Below are positions 48,677-63,326 of a DNA stretch of 64,000 bases, in pieces. Below the pieces are notes generated by a model. That model was not told the origin of the DNA. It saw only the letters and a program-made list of their open reading frames with translations, and made no database searches. Position 1 is the stretch's first letter. Each line of letters opens with the position of its first letter. The stretch lies in the NCBI RefSeq assembly GCF_009914755.1, contig NC_060930.1; one strand, written 5' to 3'. Source of the stretch: the human T2T-CHM13v2.0 reference genome, Homo sapiens. Both the position numbers and the translations under genes were made by a program.

Positions 48677-51049
48677 TTAAGGTACAAATGAGCAAAACTT
48701 GTAAAAAATTATTCAACTAAATGTTGTCTAAGATCATTTCTGAAACCATGATTCCATGCAATAGTATGCTCAATGATATTGCTACTATTCAGCTATAATT
48801 GTTTTAGCTAAAGAAGTATTATGCTATAATGATAAGCTATTAGCTGAAAGCAAACTACCATAAGGATATATCCATATATTTCTGAAAGGTAATACATTAT
48901 ATGTAGCAATTTTCCTGGTATAGGGTTGAAAGATCCTTTATGTTAAGAATTAAGAAAAACCCAAAGCTTGATTTGAGCACTCATGAGTAGCTTTCAGAAA
49001 TTTTACAGACAACAAAAGGGATTTGAGAGCATTTCATTGTCTGAAATGTTATTAAGCAAAATTATACTTCCCCGTTCTTTGCCTTCTCTCTTTTTCCTAA
49101 CACATCCCCCAGGAGGATCTGTAAATAAACATTCCCAAAAAAAATTGTCATTCCATTGAAAACAGTAAATTCTTTATCTTTTTTTTTCATTCCCAGGGTT
49201 TGGGGTTAAAAAATATAATATATTTTTCTATTCCAAACTCTTAGATTGATTGGAAACTGTATACTATCAACTGTAATGAAAAATCTTTCCCCTTCTTCAA
49301 CAAATGCCATGGTTTTTATTTTATTGCTTAATAAACTATGTTGTAATATAATATTTAAATGTTTGCTTATGAATATAAAATATTTATAAGTAACACATTT
49401 ATGCAAAGCACAGTTTCACAAATTAAATGAGATGAATGCCTGTGTGTTTAATATAAATTATAATTTAGTTTCTTTGTGCTCTTAAGTGGCTAATACAGAG
49501 TTAATAATTCAGACTGTTCAATTGTATATGTTGTATTTTTCCTCATTTTTATTACATATTTGTCAGTTAGAATTTCTTCATCTAATTTTCTGTTCATAAG
49601 GGGGTTTAAATTATACTGAAAGCTCACTAGCAAGGGAATTCAATGGGATGTTAGCAATATCCAATCATACATGTCCAGAGTTTTCTTCAATCATAAAACA
49701 CATGAGATCTATAATTTCAGCACTGATGCATGACTGTAGAAATTCTAAGATTAAAAAGCCCCCAGGTACTATTGAGTTCATCATAGAAAGCTGACAGTGA
49801 TTCTTTCAGCAGATAAAAGAAATGTAATTATAGCCCTGTCCAATAGACAGTTTATGTCTACTTTGAATGTCATAAGTGTGATGTTTGCTTTCAGATTTTT
49901 TTATAACCTGTCTTCTTACTAATTCTCTATAGCAACTTAGTTCTCCAAATTAATCTTGTATTTCAGGCAACAGTATTTTCAAAAATCAATCACCTTAGCA
50001 AAATGTCTCCTTTTTTATTTCTTTATCACATAATAAATATGAACTACTCCCTTCAAAGTCTACTTAAGATTGATAGTAGAATTTCAAAGACTTACTCACT
50101 TTTGATTTTTATCAAAGTTGTAACTATGGTGCTCACTGGCTTTTGTATAAAATGCTGAGAAGAACAGAATTGAAAACTGTGAGAAATGCTGACTTTTATT
50201 TCTAGTGTTTATAGGGATTATTAAGAAAAATAATAATATAAGGTTTAAATGAATGCTTTCTTTTCTTTGAAGGAAACAATGTCATTGAATCAAGAACTGA
50301 ATGCCTGACAAGAAAACTCTAATCTGATAAGAATGCCTTTCCCAAAGAAATTAGACTGTTTCAAAAAATGATACATACTTTTTAAATTCATTATGCCTCC
50401 CCTGGACTGTAAATACAATTAATGAAAGTATTCACCAGAGAAAATAAGTATTGAAAGTACTCACCTCCAAATTATTGAAAGCAATAATGTATTGCCCTCA
50501 TTAGAAAACATCTAAGTATGTGTTATTTTTTCTGTATTTTCACATTTTGCCATAATTAGATTAAACAGAACATATTAGTAATATCTGCGTAGTAATTTAG
50601 ATTTGCTTTCATTGACAGTAATAAAATAAAAGGAATTAAGTAAACACATCATCTTCAGGGTATAGACAAGAATGCTATATCCACAAAGTCAAACATCTAC
50701 CCATGGAGTAGATTGTTTTACTATGAGTCATAGAACTGACTTTTTTGTGGAATTAAAGTAGATTCTTCAATTTTCAAATAAGTACATTGTTAACCTAAAG
50801 AAGTCATGTATCCTCTTCAAAACCAAATGTTACACAAAATAATATGCAACTTTTAATACTTTTCATATGAAATATTAGGCAAGACATTACATAATTATGT
50901 TTTTATTTGGACCCATTTAACCTGTAAGTTTTTAGAGTTTCCACTATGGATTAATAACTAACCTAGAAGAAAGCACTGTGAAAATGCTAATTGTCCACCT
51001 CATCAAATAAAATGAGTCAATTTTGGCAGATACTAAGTAAGGTATTCCA

Positions 51050-51250
51050 TCCATGAAAAGACTGATTTCAGGAGAGGCAAAGCTACTGGGGTATTCAAAA
51101 GAACATGATAGTAGGCAATGAGACACCTGGGAGTCATCATAGGTACGCCATCAACTCAGCATTTTACCTCTCTAGGCCTCTGTTTCCTCCATCATCAAAA
51201 GGATGAGTTTAATAAATGAGCTTTAATAACATGCCATTCAAGCCACACAG
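51050..51250. mobile_element. MIR relic
   Basis: acctctctaggcctctgtttcctccatc core motif. Confidence 0.55.
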
Positions 51251-53710
51251 CAGAACTCTTCAAATAGGTAGGTGCATAGTAGTCACTATCCTTGTTCTTT
51301 AGCAGATACTATACTAATAATTCAACATTCATCTGTCTTCTTATTCTCAACCTCTCTGTGCCAACTCCTATCTCTCTCCAAAAAATGTAGAGGACGGGAA
51401 TATGGAAACCATCTGATAACTGTTTGGGAAAGTGATTTATATAAAGACTCTTAGGAAATACTTGGGTATTGGGTAGTGGGGACTCCCAACATATTAGAAA
51501 ATCAAATATTTCAGTTGCCTATCCCAGTTTTTTTCATAATAAATCTCTCATAGGGTAGGTAGCTTTTACTTCTAAGAAACACCTAACTTACATCTTCTGG
51601 TGACTGTATTAGCTGGTCTTGCACTGGAGAGGGAGACACTGACATATAGCATGACAATACTCGTGTCTAGCACTTCTCTCTGCTTAAGCTGATTACTCCA
51701 TCACAAACAAGAATTAAAGAAATAGGCAAAGATAACTCATAATTTGTCATGTAGGATCAATACAGAAAAAAATTTCGAGGCTACTGTGGGGAGGGTGTAT
51801 CTATGTGTATGAGTAAGTGAGTTGCTTTATACAGTTAAATTTAAAAAGAAATAAGGAGGTCATATTATCTAGTGGCTAAAGTGGATTCTCTGAAACCAGA
51901 AGACCTGGCCTTGAATACTAGATCTGCCACTAACTGTGTAACATTGGCCAAGTAGTTTAGCTTCTTCATTCCTTAGCAAAGCTGCAATTTCATTTTATAC
52001 TGTGCCCAAAAAATTATGTAGCCAGTCCTGAATGTTAGCTGTAATTCATATAACTCTATTACAGTAGAGTAATAAATTACAGCTAATATTTAGTCACCCC
52101 TACTGTACTTTTGCAATCACCCCTACTGTACTATTTACCCTTGAAGGTAGAAAATAAGTTTTGTTTATTCTACACCATAACAAAATAATTATTCCTTGGT
52201 GAGTCAACAGAATATAGCATGTTTTCTGAATTCCAGTAACTTATAGAGCAAATCCCCATGATAAATCGAATTGAGATATGTCTTAATTGTGATTGGCACC
52301 AATCATGCACCTAATACCCATTCTCCAGTGCGGGAAGACTCAAGTTCTAATCTTCTGTGGGGAGGTAGAAACATAAAAGGAAAGATTACCCCAAAGAAAT
52401 AACAGGTGTTGTGTCTCAGGATATGGCAAGAGGATGTGGAAAAGCAGAAAGTAGTTTCTCTTTTCCAGTCTTTTTCTGCACCAAGGAATTGGAAGACTTC
52501 TAGAATCACTACTACTGTACTGGACATCCCAGTCAATATCGGGACTTATAATCCTTCTCACTAGTATTTCAAATAAGTCAGATAACTTCCACCAGGTAAC
52601 ACCAAAATACAACAGAGATTGGACTTGTCTCACGTCCATATTAATTTGAGGTCTTCCAGAACTTGAGATCATCAAGCTCATTCACTTCATTAATTTCAAA
52701 ATATGCCCATTCATTTAAATAATGTCACAACAATCTATTTTTGGACCCAGGTTATTGTATTTGGTAGGGATTTTGTGGCTGGAAAAAAATAACTTTTAAT
52801 TGAATGGCTTCTTTAAGTGTGTTTCACAGATCATGAATCCTGTGAAATATATTTTTTTCTTAAATAGTTAATAATACTATTTTCCCTTACTTCATGAGTC
52901 TCACTACCAAACAACATAGTAAATATTGAAAATTCTTACAGAAAAGGAAGTTATTTAATTGTGTTTAACCCTATATATTTTCAAGTTACATTTATTAGCA
53001 TTCTCATACTGGTTTCTGCAGAAAATATCTAAGAGAAAGTTAAAATACTTTCAAAAGAGATGAGAACTCAAAGACAGGAACATCTGTGTGGCCTAGGAGA
53101 GTAAGAAAAATATTCAAGTTTAACATCTTGTATCTCTGTTATCACTTCAAATCCTTCACACAACAAGAAGTACTTTGCCATATTCTCCGAAACATCCATT
53201 TCAACAACACATTCTTAAAATAGCTATTTTACTGACTATTTTATGAGAATATTGGAGCGAAAACATTTTCGTCATATGTAACACAGTAAAAACTTAATAA
53301 AATTCCCTAATAGATATTTCTATTTCTCATTCTTTCCTACTAAATTCTTCTTCAACCTTGCCACTTAATTTCTTTTCCTTTTCCTACACAGAGCTTCCAG
53401 GAAACATCCACAATTGTGTTTCCTAAACTTACCCTCTTCTACAAAATAATTGTTTACTAATTACACAGAAAGTAAATAGTAACCATCTATGTTTCTTCAA
53501 GCTATGACTCCCTATGCAGACGGCTTATCAAAGCTCTTGCTTAGAAAGTCTCTTTGCTGCAAAAATCTATCACTAAGAAAATAAGATTCCCTTCATATTA
53601 AAAATATATATATTTAAAGAAGAATTATCTGATATCTTAACCTAAGGATAAAAGGTAGAGCCTAAGCCATTTTTTATGGAGGTGTTGGGGAATAATTAAA
53701 AGGGGCAAGA

Positions 53711-54035
<325 letters not shown>

Positions 54036-54269
54036 CTATTTAATGTATGTACCTATGTAACAAACACTAAAGAAGCATATGTCAGGCATTTTTCTAAATG
54101 CTTTACAAACATTAACTCATTTAAAATATAGGCTTGCAAATAGCAACTGCAATCCCAAAAGGCAGTAATCGGACCTCCTCATGTCTGCCTCCTTCTATCA
54201 TGCAGTGTTTAAATTAGGATCCTCACCAGAGTGTTGCTGGGAAAGTCACTTACATTTCAGGCTACATCT

Positions 54270-57200
54270 TCCTAAACTCTGCCTTATTGGTCAACACTCC
54301 TCTGTAGCTCTTTAGTTACCCAAAAAACGTCTCATAGCTTAGCACTGGAGTGCCCAGAAGCTCCGTCCTTGGACAGAGTTTTTTCTCAGTTTATAATTAC
54401 CCTCTTGGTAATTTCATTCCTTCACTTGGTTTTAAATATATCCATATGCTGATGACTTCCAACTTATGCCTCAAAAACAAACCGCTCCTCTGAGCCCCAA
54501 TTTCTTTCAACTCAGTTTCCTTCTTGACATTGCCAATTAGATGAATAATAGACATTTCTAATTTAATGGTTCCAAAACTGAACTCTTAATCATTCTCCTA
54601 AACCCATGCCTTCCATAGACTTTCCCATCTCAGCAATGACAACTCCATCCTGTCGGTTACTGTATTAGTTTGTTTTCACCCTGCTGATATAGACATACCC
54701 AAGACTGGGAAATTTACAAAAAAAAGAGGTTCATTGTACTTACAGTTCCATGTGGCTGGGGAGGCCTCACAATCATGCCTGTCTCACATGATGGCAGACA
54801 AGAGAAGAAACCTTGTGTGAGGAAACTCACCTTTCTAAAATCATCAGATCTCATGAGACATATTACTCTCATGAGAACAGCATAGGAAAAACATGCTCCC
54901 ATGATTCAATTGCCTCCCACTGAGTCCCTCCCACAACGTGTGGGAATTGTGGGAACTACAATTCAAGATGAGATTTGGGTGGGGACACAGCCAAACCATA
55001 ACATTCCATCCCTGGCCCCTCCAAATATCATGTCCTCACATTTCAAAACCAATCATGCCTTCCCAATAGTCCCCCAAAGTCTTAACTCACTTCAGCATTA
55101 ACTTGAAAGTCACAGTCAAAGTCTCTCATCCAAGATAAGGCAAGTCCCTTCTGCCTATGAGCCTGTAAAATCAAAAGCAAGTTAGTTACTTCCTAGATAA
55201 AATGGGGGTACAGGCATTGGGGAAATATGGCCATTCCAAATGGGAGAAATTGGCCACAACAAAGGGGCTACAAGCCCCATGCAAATCTGAAATCCAGTGG
55301 GGCAGTCAAATCTTAAATTTCCCAACTGATCTCCTTTGGCTCCAGGTCTTACATCCAGGTCACACTGATGCAAAAGGTGGGTTCCCATGGTATTAAGCAG
55401 CTCTGCCCCTGTGGCTTTGCACAGTACAGCTTCCCTCCCAGCTGCTTTCAAGGGCTGGCATTGAGTATCTGCAGGTTTTCCAGGTGCACAATGCAAGCTG
55501 TCAGCAGCTGTACCATCCTGGGGTCTGGGGTATGGTGGCCCTCTTCTCACAGCTCCACTAGGCAGTGCCCCAGTAGGGACTCTGTGTGGAGACTCCAGCC
55601 CCACATTTCCCTTCTGTGCTGCCCAAGCAGAGGTTCTCCATGAGGGCCCCACCCCTGCAGCAAACTTCTGCCTGGACATCCAGGAGTTTTCCTACATCTT
55701 CTGAAATCTAGGCAGAAATTCCCAAACCCCCATTCTTGACTTCTGTGCACTCACAGGCTCAACACCATGTGGAAGCGGCCAAGGCTTGAGGCTTGCATCC
55801 TCTGAAGCCAGGGTCCACCCTCTACATTGGCCCCTTTCAGCCATGGCTGGAGTGACTGGGACACAGGGCACCAAGTCCCTAGGCAGCACACAACATGGGG
55901 ACCCTGGGCCCAGCCTGCAAACCACTTTTTCCCTCTAGGCCTCTGGGCCTGTGATGGGAGGGGCTGCCGTGAAGACCTCTGACATTTCCTGGAGACATTA
56001 TCTCCATAGTCTTGGTGATTAACATTGGACTCCTCGTTACTTGTGCAAATTTCTGCAGTTGGCTTGAATTTCTCCTCAGAAAATGGGATTTTCTTTTCTA
56101 TCACATTGTCAGGCTGCAAATTTTTCAAACTTTTATGCTCTGCTTACCTTATAAAACTAATGCCTTTAAGAACACCCAAGTCACTTCTTGAACACTTTGC
56201 TGCTTAGATATTTCTTCTGCCAGATACCCTAAATCATCTCTCTCAGTTCAAGTTACCACAAATGTCTAGGGCAGGAGCAAAATGTCACCAGTCTTTTTGC
56301 TAAAACATAACAAGAGTCACCTTTGCTCCAGTTCCCAACAAGTTCCTCATCTCCATCTGATATGACCTAAGCCTGGGCCTTATTGTACATGTCACTATCA
56401 GCATTTTTGTTAAAGCTATTCAATAAGTCTCTAGGAAGTTACAAACTTTCCAACATTTTTCTGTCTTCTTTTGAGCCCTCCAAACTATTCTGACCTCTGC
56501 CTCTTACCCAGTTCCAAAGTCGCTTCTAAATTTTCAGGTATCTTTCCAGGTGAACAATGCACCTGGAAAAGCTGCAGATACTCCTGGTGCCAATTTACTG
56601 TTTTAGTCCATTTTCACACTGCTGATAAAGACATATGGAAGACTGGAAAATTTACAAAAAAAAAAAAAAAAAAAAAAAAAGAGGTTTATTGGGCTTACAG
56701 TTCCATGTGGCTGGGGAGGCCTCACAATCATGGTGGAAGACGAAAGGCATTTCTCACATGACGGCAGACAAGAGAAGAAAGCTTGTGTGGTTAAACTCCC
56801 CTCTTTAAAACCATTAGATCTTGTAAGACATATTTCCTATTGTGAGAATAGCATGGAAAAGACCCACCCCCGTGATTTGATTTCCTCCCTCTGGGTCTCT
56901 CCCACAACACATGGGAGTTGTGGGAGTTAAAATTCAAGATGAGATTTTGGTAGTGGCACAGCCACACCATATCAGTTGCTCAGGCCAAAAGTCTTGGAGT
57001 CATCCTTGACTCCTCTCTTTTTTAACACTCCTCACTTCATCCACCCTCTAATCAATTATCTTGGTCCATGCTACCACCATCTCTCACCTGGATTATTGCA
57101 ATAGCTTCCCAAGTGCTCTTCTCCCCTTCATCCTTGTTTCCCTTCAATTTATTATCAAAGTAGCATCCAAAGGGATCTTTTAAAAATATAAGTCACATGT

Positions 57201-57600
57201 CATTTCTCACTCAAAACAAAAACCAAAGCTCCTATTATCTGAACTTATCTTCTATGACTCTTACTTTTGTTCATGCTGCATTGGCCTCCTCTAGTTCCTC
57301 AGGCCCACAAGGCATACTTCTGCCTCAGGACCACAGCACTGGCTGTTTTCTCTGCCTAAAATACTCCTCCTTCAGATATTTGCAAGCTGAATTTCTGTCC
57401 TTCATTTTTCTCTTCTCAAATATCAGCTTCTCAATGAGACGTGAGAGCTCTGACATCCCCATCTCTCTTACTCACACCATAATACAATTTAACCCATGAT
57501 TTAATTTACTAATTCATTGTTTTTATTGTCCATCATTCTCTACCAAAATGCAAACTCTTTAAGAGCAAGGATTTTTGGTTACTGAGTATTTTTGAATTTG
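54270..57600. mobile_element. L2 relic split by the THE1 provirus
   Basis: aactccatcc...[THE1]...gttgctcaggccaaaagtcttggagtcatccttgactcctctc continues across the insertion. Confidence 0.75.
54661..56974 (-). mobile_element. Full-length THE1 (C-like) provirus: LTR 54661-55003, internal, LTR 56599-56974
   Basis: Two homologous LTRs flanking THE1-int; TSD gttac/gttgc. Confidence 0.92.
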
Positions 57601-57640
57601 TATCAATAAAATCAAAAATGTCGGTTGTTACATTTCCTAT

Positions 57641-59830
57641 TGATATGGTTTGGTTGTGTTCCCACTAAAATATCAACTTGAATTGTATCTCCCAGAATTC
57701 CCACATGTTGTGGGAGAGATCCAGGGGAGGTAATTGAATCGTGGGGGCCCGTCTTTCCCATGCTATTCTCATGATAGTGGATAAGTCTCATGAGATTTGA
57801 TGGGCTTATCAGGGCTTTCTACTTTTGCTTCTTCCTAATTTTTCTCTTACCACTGCCATGTAAGAAGTGCCTTTCACCTCCCACCATAATTCTGAGGCCT
57901 TCCCAGCCTTGTGGAACTGTAAGTCAAATTAAACCTCTTTTTGTACTAAGTTTCAGGTATGTCTTTATCAGCAGCATGAAAATGAACTAATACAGTAAAT
58001 TGGCACCAGTAGAGTGGAGCATTGCTAAAAAGATACCTAAAAATGTGGAAGTGACTTTGTAACAGGGTAACAGGCAGAGGTTGGACTAGTTTGGAGGGCT
58101 CAAAAGAAGACAGGAAAATGTGAGACAGTTTGGAACTTTCTGGAGACTTGAATGGCTTTGCCCAAAATGTTGATAGTGATATGGACAATAAGGTCCAGGC
58201 TGAGGTGGCCGTAAATGGATATGATGAACTTTTTGGGAAATGGAGTAAAGGTGACTCTTGTTATGTTTTACCAAAAGACTGGTGGCATTTTGCCCCTGCC
58301 CTAGATATTTGTGGAACTTTGGACTTGAGAAAGATGATTTAGGGTATCTGGCAGAAGAAATTTCTAAAATGCAAAGCATTCAAGAGGTAACTTGGGTGCT
58401 GGTAAAGGCTTTCAGTTTTATAAGGGAAGCAGAGTATAAAAGTCTGGAAAATTTGCAGCCTGATGATGCTATTTTCTGAGGAGAAATTGAAGCCAGCTGT
58501 GGAAATTGGCATAAGTAGCAAGAAGCCTAATGTTAATCCCCAAGACCCTAGGTAAAATGTCATTAGGCCATGTCAGAGACCTTCATGGCAGCCCCTCTCA
58601 TCACAGATCTAGAGGCTCAAGAAGAAAAAATGGTTTTGTGGTCCAGGCCCAGGGTCCCATGCTATTTGCAGCCTAGGGACTTGATGCTCTGTGTCCCAGC
58701 CGCTCCAGCCACAGCTGAAATATGCCAATATACAGCTCAGGCCATGGCTTCAGAGGGTGGAACCCCCAATCCTTGGCAGCTTCCACATGGTGTTGAGCTT
58801 GAGGATGCACAGAAGTCAATAATTGAGGTTTGGGAACCTCTGCCTAGATTTCAGAAGATGTAGGGAAACGCCTGGATGCCCGGGCAAGTTTTTTGCAGGG
58901 GTGGTGCCCTCATAGGAAACCTCTACTAGGGCAGTGCAGAAGGGAAATACTGGGTCAGAGCCCCCACACAGAGTCCCTACTGGGGCACTGCCTAGTGGAT
59001 CTCTGAGAAGAGGACCACTGTCCTCCAGACTCCAGAATAGTAGCTGGGAGGGAGGCTGTACCCTGCAAAGCCACAGGGACAGAGCTGCCCAAGACCACGG
59101 AAACCCACCTTTTGCATCAGCATGACCTAGATGTGAGACCTGGAGTCAAATGAGATTATTTTGGAGCTTTAATATTTGACTGCCCTGCTGGATTTTGGAC
59201 TTGCATAGGCCCTGTAACCCCTTGGTTTTGGCCTATTTCTCCCATTTGGAATGGCTGTATTTACCCAATACCTGTACCCCCATTGTATCTAGGAAGTAAC
59301 TAGCTTGCTCTTGCTTTTACAGGCTCATAGGCAGAAGGGACTTGCCTTGTATCAGATGAGAATTTGGACTGTGGACTTTTGGGTTAATGCTGAAATAAGA
59401 CTTTGGGGGACTGTTGGGAAGGCATGATTGGTTTTGAAATGTGAGGACATGATATTTGGAGGGGCCAGGGGTGGAATGATATGGTTTGGCTGTGTCCCTA
59501 CCAAAATCTCAGTTCGAATTGTATCTCTGAGAATTCCCACGTGTTATTGGAGGGACCCAGGGGGAGGTAATTGAATCATGTGGCCCGGTCTTTCCTGTGC
59601 TATTCTTGTGATAGTGAATAAGTCTCATGAGATCTGATGGGTTTTTCAGGGGTTTCTGCTTTTGCTTCTTCCTCACTTTTCTCTTGCTGCCACCATGTAA
59701 GAAGTGCCTTTCACCTCCCATGATAATTCTGAGGCTTTCCCAGCCGTATGGAAGTGTAAGTCCAATTAAACCTCTTTTTGTTCCCAGTTTTGTTATGTCT
59801 TTATCAGCAGTGTGAAAATGAACTAATACA
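57641..59830 (+). mobile_element. Full-length THE1A-like provirus: LTR 57641-57994, internal, LTR 59477-59830
   Basis: Two 354-bp direct LTRs tgatatgg...taataca; perfect TSD cctat at 57636-57640 and 59831-59835. Confidence 0.95.
59568..59578 (+). promoter_or_regulatory. DUX4-type motif TAATTGAATCA in THE1 3' LTR
   Basis: Exact motif visible (also at 9836-9846; TAATTGAATCG in the 5' LTR); MaLR LTRs are known DUX4 targets, but binding here is not shown. Confidence 0.45.
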
Positions 59831-62630
59831 CCTATGCTTTCAATACCACCTTCAATGGAATAGTGACAGAGAGAAGAGAGGGACACCTTGTCCAACACTT
59901 TGAACCAGATATAGGATAGTCATTTACACGGCAACTTGCTTTTTATGAGGGAAACAAAAATTCTCAAAGAAATTATCTCTTCAAAATCAGTTTATAAACT
60001 GCATTTCTTTTTGTTTCTTTTAAACAGATTAATCATTCAAACACAGAGAAAAAAATATCTTTCATGTTTCCTCCACAATCCAGAGGTCAAACTTCAATTG
60101 CTTTTATTACTTGTACAAATGTTTAATTTCATAGCACCAAATTTGTCATTATGTACACAATTTACAATAATAATGACAGTTTAAGTCATGTGAGATTTCA
60201 GTCTCTACTTAAAAACTCTTACGTTTAAAGGGCATAATACTTGTCTCTTAAATTTTAGGACTAACAAGTTCATTTCTGAATCAATGTACTAGAGTCATTG
60301 AGTAATACTATCCTTCTCGGAGTCTAAAATTTGAAAGTCAACCAGTAGTAATGATAATGGATGATAAAACTAAACCCACAATTTTCTCTATGATAGATCC
60401 ACTGAGTGTGTGCAGTTGAGCCCAATCATGCAAGCATTCAGTACATTGCAGGTGACAAAGTACTCGAATTAAAACTACTTCAATCAAAATGATAAAATAG
60501 TTTTGTATATTCAAAAGTCAGTTTCTCTGAAGGACCATTAAGGTTAATGGAAACAATACTTTAACATTAAAGAATAATATCTATGAGTTTTGGAAATATA
60601 CTTTTGATAAGCTCTACCTCAAGAGCCTTATGAAATAAAATGAGAAAATAAATAATATAAGGTATAATCATATAAATGATGTAAGTAAGTGGAATGCCAC
60701 TAAACGGTGAATATACGTAAGTCATTAATTCACCAAACCAACTATGAGAGAAAGCAATTAAGGAAATCAAATAATGAAAAGTATATTTTCAGATTCGATT
60801 TGAAAAGCAAAATAACAAGTTGACAAGATGTTCTTAAACCTTCCTGGAGTCAACACAGAAATCCTTGTGCATCTACAGGTGGACACATGAATGGCAGAGT
60901 CCTTATATGCTCAGAAAATAAATGTAGGAATATTCAGATCTCTGTAACTTAAGACAAAATAGAATATCTCACCTAAAGACTGTAGTAAACCTCAAATTTG
61001 TTTCAATCTTATTTTTTTCGTTTTCCTCAACGGCTTTTTTCTTAGCTTGTTCTTTCAGTTTCCCTATGTGTAACATTTCTAATATATCAATCTCTTGCTC
61101 ACTAAACTGCTTTTACCTTCTTCCTTCCTACTTTTATTATTTTCCTATCTTAAATTCTTCTTCAAGTTGTCAAAGGATAGTATCAAACGAAAAAAGTGTT
61201 AAAGTACTACATTTTAATATTGGTTTTAAAATATTTATTTGTTAACAAAATCACATGAAATAATATCAGTTTTGTATTATTAGTCAATTTAATTATTAAT
61301 AATTGTGTCTTTGCTAAGATAACCCTAGATACAGATAAAATAACTCTCCACATCTTGAATTTTCTGTCAGAAAAACAACATACCTTAAGAATCATATTGT
61401 TCAAAATCCCAAGTTTTCAGGTAATAAGTACTATTGGCGTTATTGGTAAATAACCCAAATAAATTCCCAGTTGATATGCCTTCCTTCTGATTACATTTTG
61501 GAGAGCAGTTAATTCTTCAAAGAAGGAAACTTAACGAGACATTGTGTGTGTAATGGAAATGTGATGTACATGAGTTTATGCTTACAAAATAATCAATAAC
61601 TACAATGTAAAATCAACACTCAATCCTTGTAAGACCACAGTATGAAAATTTCTACTTTCCTTCAAAAAGGGTTTGGAAATGATTTTAAAAGAAGAAACAG
61701 CAGCCTCGACTCTTAGAAAACTTAACTAGATAAATTTGCACATTACAAGTCTTAAAACTAGAAACCATATTATTAACTGTGAAACTATATAATTAGTTTC
61801 TTTGTGAGCTTTCAATTTTTTGCTAGATAAAATTAAAACTGCCACCAAAAAATGAGGCCATTATGAACATGACAGGTCATTTGTTGAGAAAAGGGTTATG
61901 TAGAAATAGCATCTGATAATTTGTTGGAAATATTAGCATATAGATGGCTATGAAATGTGTGAAGTATTATTAGAAGAATTCTAATAAAAAATTTTTGCAA
62001 TGTAAGTCGACTATGGTTCTATTTCAAATGTAGTTAGGTTCTTAGCCCTAATGGCAAGCAGAGGCTACACTAAATGTATTTAACCTAAAGACAAGTTGAT
62101 AAGAAATTTATAATTCCACTGTTTTTTAAAAATTACAAAAGTAAAAGGTATATACACATAACATCTACAGCAACAAAGAATGCAAAAGCATTCTTTTCAC
62201 ATAGAAAGAGTTAAATATACATGCTTTCAAGAACAATAGCAGCTTCTCTTAAACTTTCTTAACTTACCTAGTGTTTTCTATCACTAAAAAAGCTGTATGT
62301 AAATCATTAAGTTTAGACTACTGAATCTATATCGTTCTTTGTAAACCAGACTCAAAGCATATTTCTTTCTAAGTTAACATGAACATAATAGAACACACAG
62401 AAAGAAAAATATAACTGTGAGTTTATATGCAAAGTACTGGACAACTCTCAAATATATACATCCTTCCTTTTTTCTTTAAAATATCTCTCTACACTGATAC
62501 TTCTGGCAGAAACCTGACAATAGTGGCTACGCTAATCGTAGCATACTATTTAGATGGACAACAGTTAATTCATTTGAGCAAAAGTTTTAGAGATCTGTTT
62601 TAGACCTTTAAATCAAACTCCAGATAGATA

Positions 62631-63195
62631 CAATAGTATCCCTTATCCACAGTTTTGCTTTCTGCAGTTTCAGTTACCCATGGTCAACAGTGGTCTGCAA
62701 ATATTAAATTGAAAGCTTCAGAAATAAACAATTCATAAGTTTTAAATTGCACACCATTCTGAGTAGTGTGAAGAAATCTCGAGCCATCCCGTTCCACTCT
62801 CACCTGACTGAGACGTGAATTATCCCATTGTCCACCATCTCCACACTGTATACCCTCCCTGTCTGTTAGTCACTCAGTAGCTGTCTTGGTTATCAGATCA
62901 ATTGTAAGGTAGCTCAGAGCTTGTGTTTAATATGTACCCCTTATTTTACTTCATAATGGCCTCAAAGTGCAAGAGTAATGATGCTTTTATATTGTTATAA
63001 CTGTTCTATTTTATTATTAGTCATTGTTTTTAGTCTCTTGCTGTGCCTAATTTATAAATTAAATTTTATCATAGGTATGTATGTACAGGAAAAAATATAG
63101 TATATATAGGGTTCTGTACTATCTGTGGTTCTGTGGTTTCAGGCACCCACTGGGGATCTTGGAACGTAGCCGCCACAGATAATGGGAGACCAAAC
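62631..63195. mobile_element. MER44/Tigger7-like DNA transposon relic
   Basis: cccttatccacagtttt...gttacccatggtcaacagtggtctg...ggggatcttggaacgta...gataatggg decayed terminal inverted repeats. Confidence 0.8.
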
Positions 63196-63326
63196 ACAAA
63201 GTTAACAAGGAAATGGTAACACTTCCAGTACAGGAAAAAAAAAAAAAAAACCTATTTAGAGATTTTTAAGTGACTCATTCAACACACTTGCCCAGAAGGC
63301 ACTAATATAGAATTTGTAGATTTTAA

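Noticed and set aside
52303-52681. Overlapping minus-strand ORFs (113 and 77 aa) in non-repeat-looking DNA
   Set aside because: No family recognised and non-ATG starts; a tBLASTx/HMM search would be needed to exclude an ancient relic
55182-59125. ORFs in THE1 internal regions
   Set aside because: Fragments of the decayed MaLR internal ORF; no intact gag or pol
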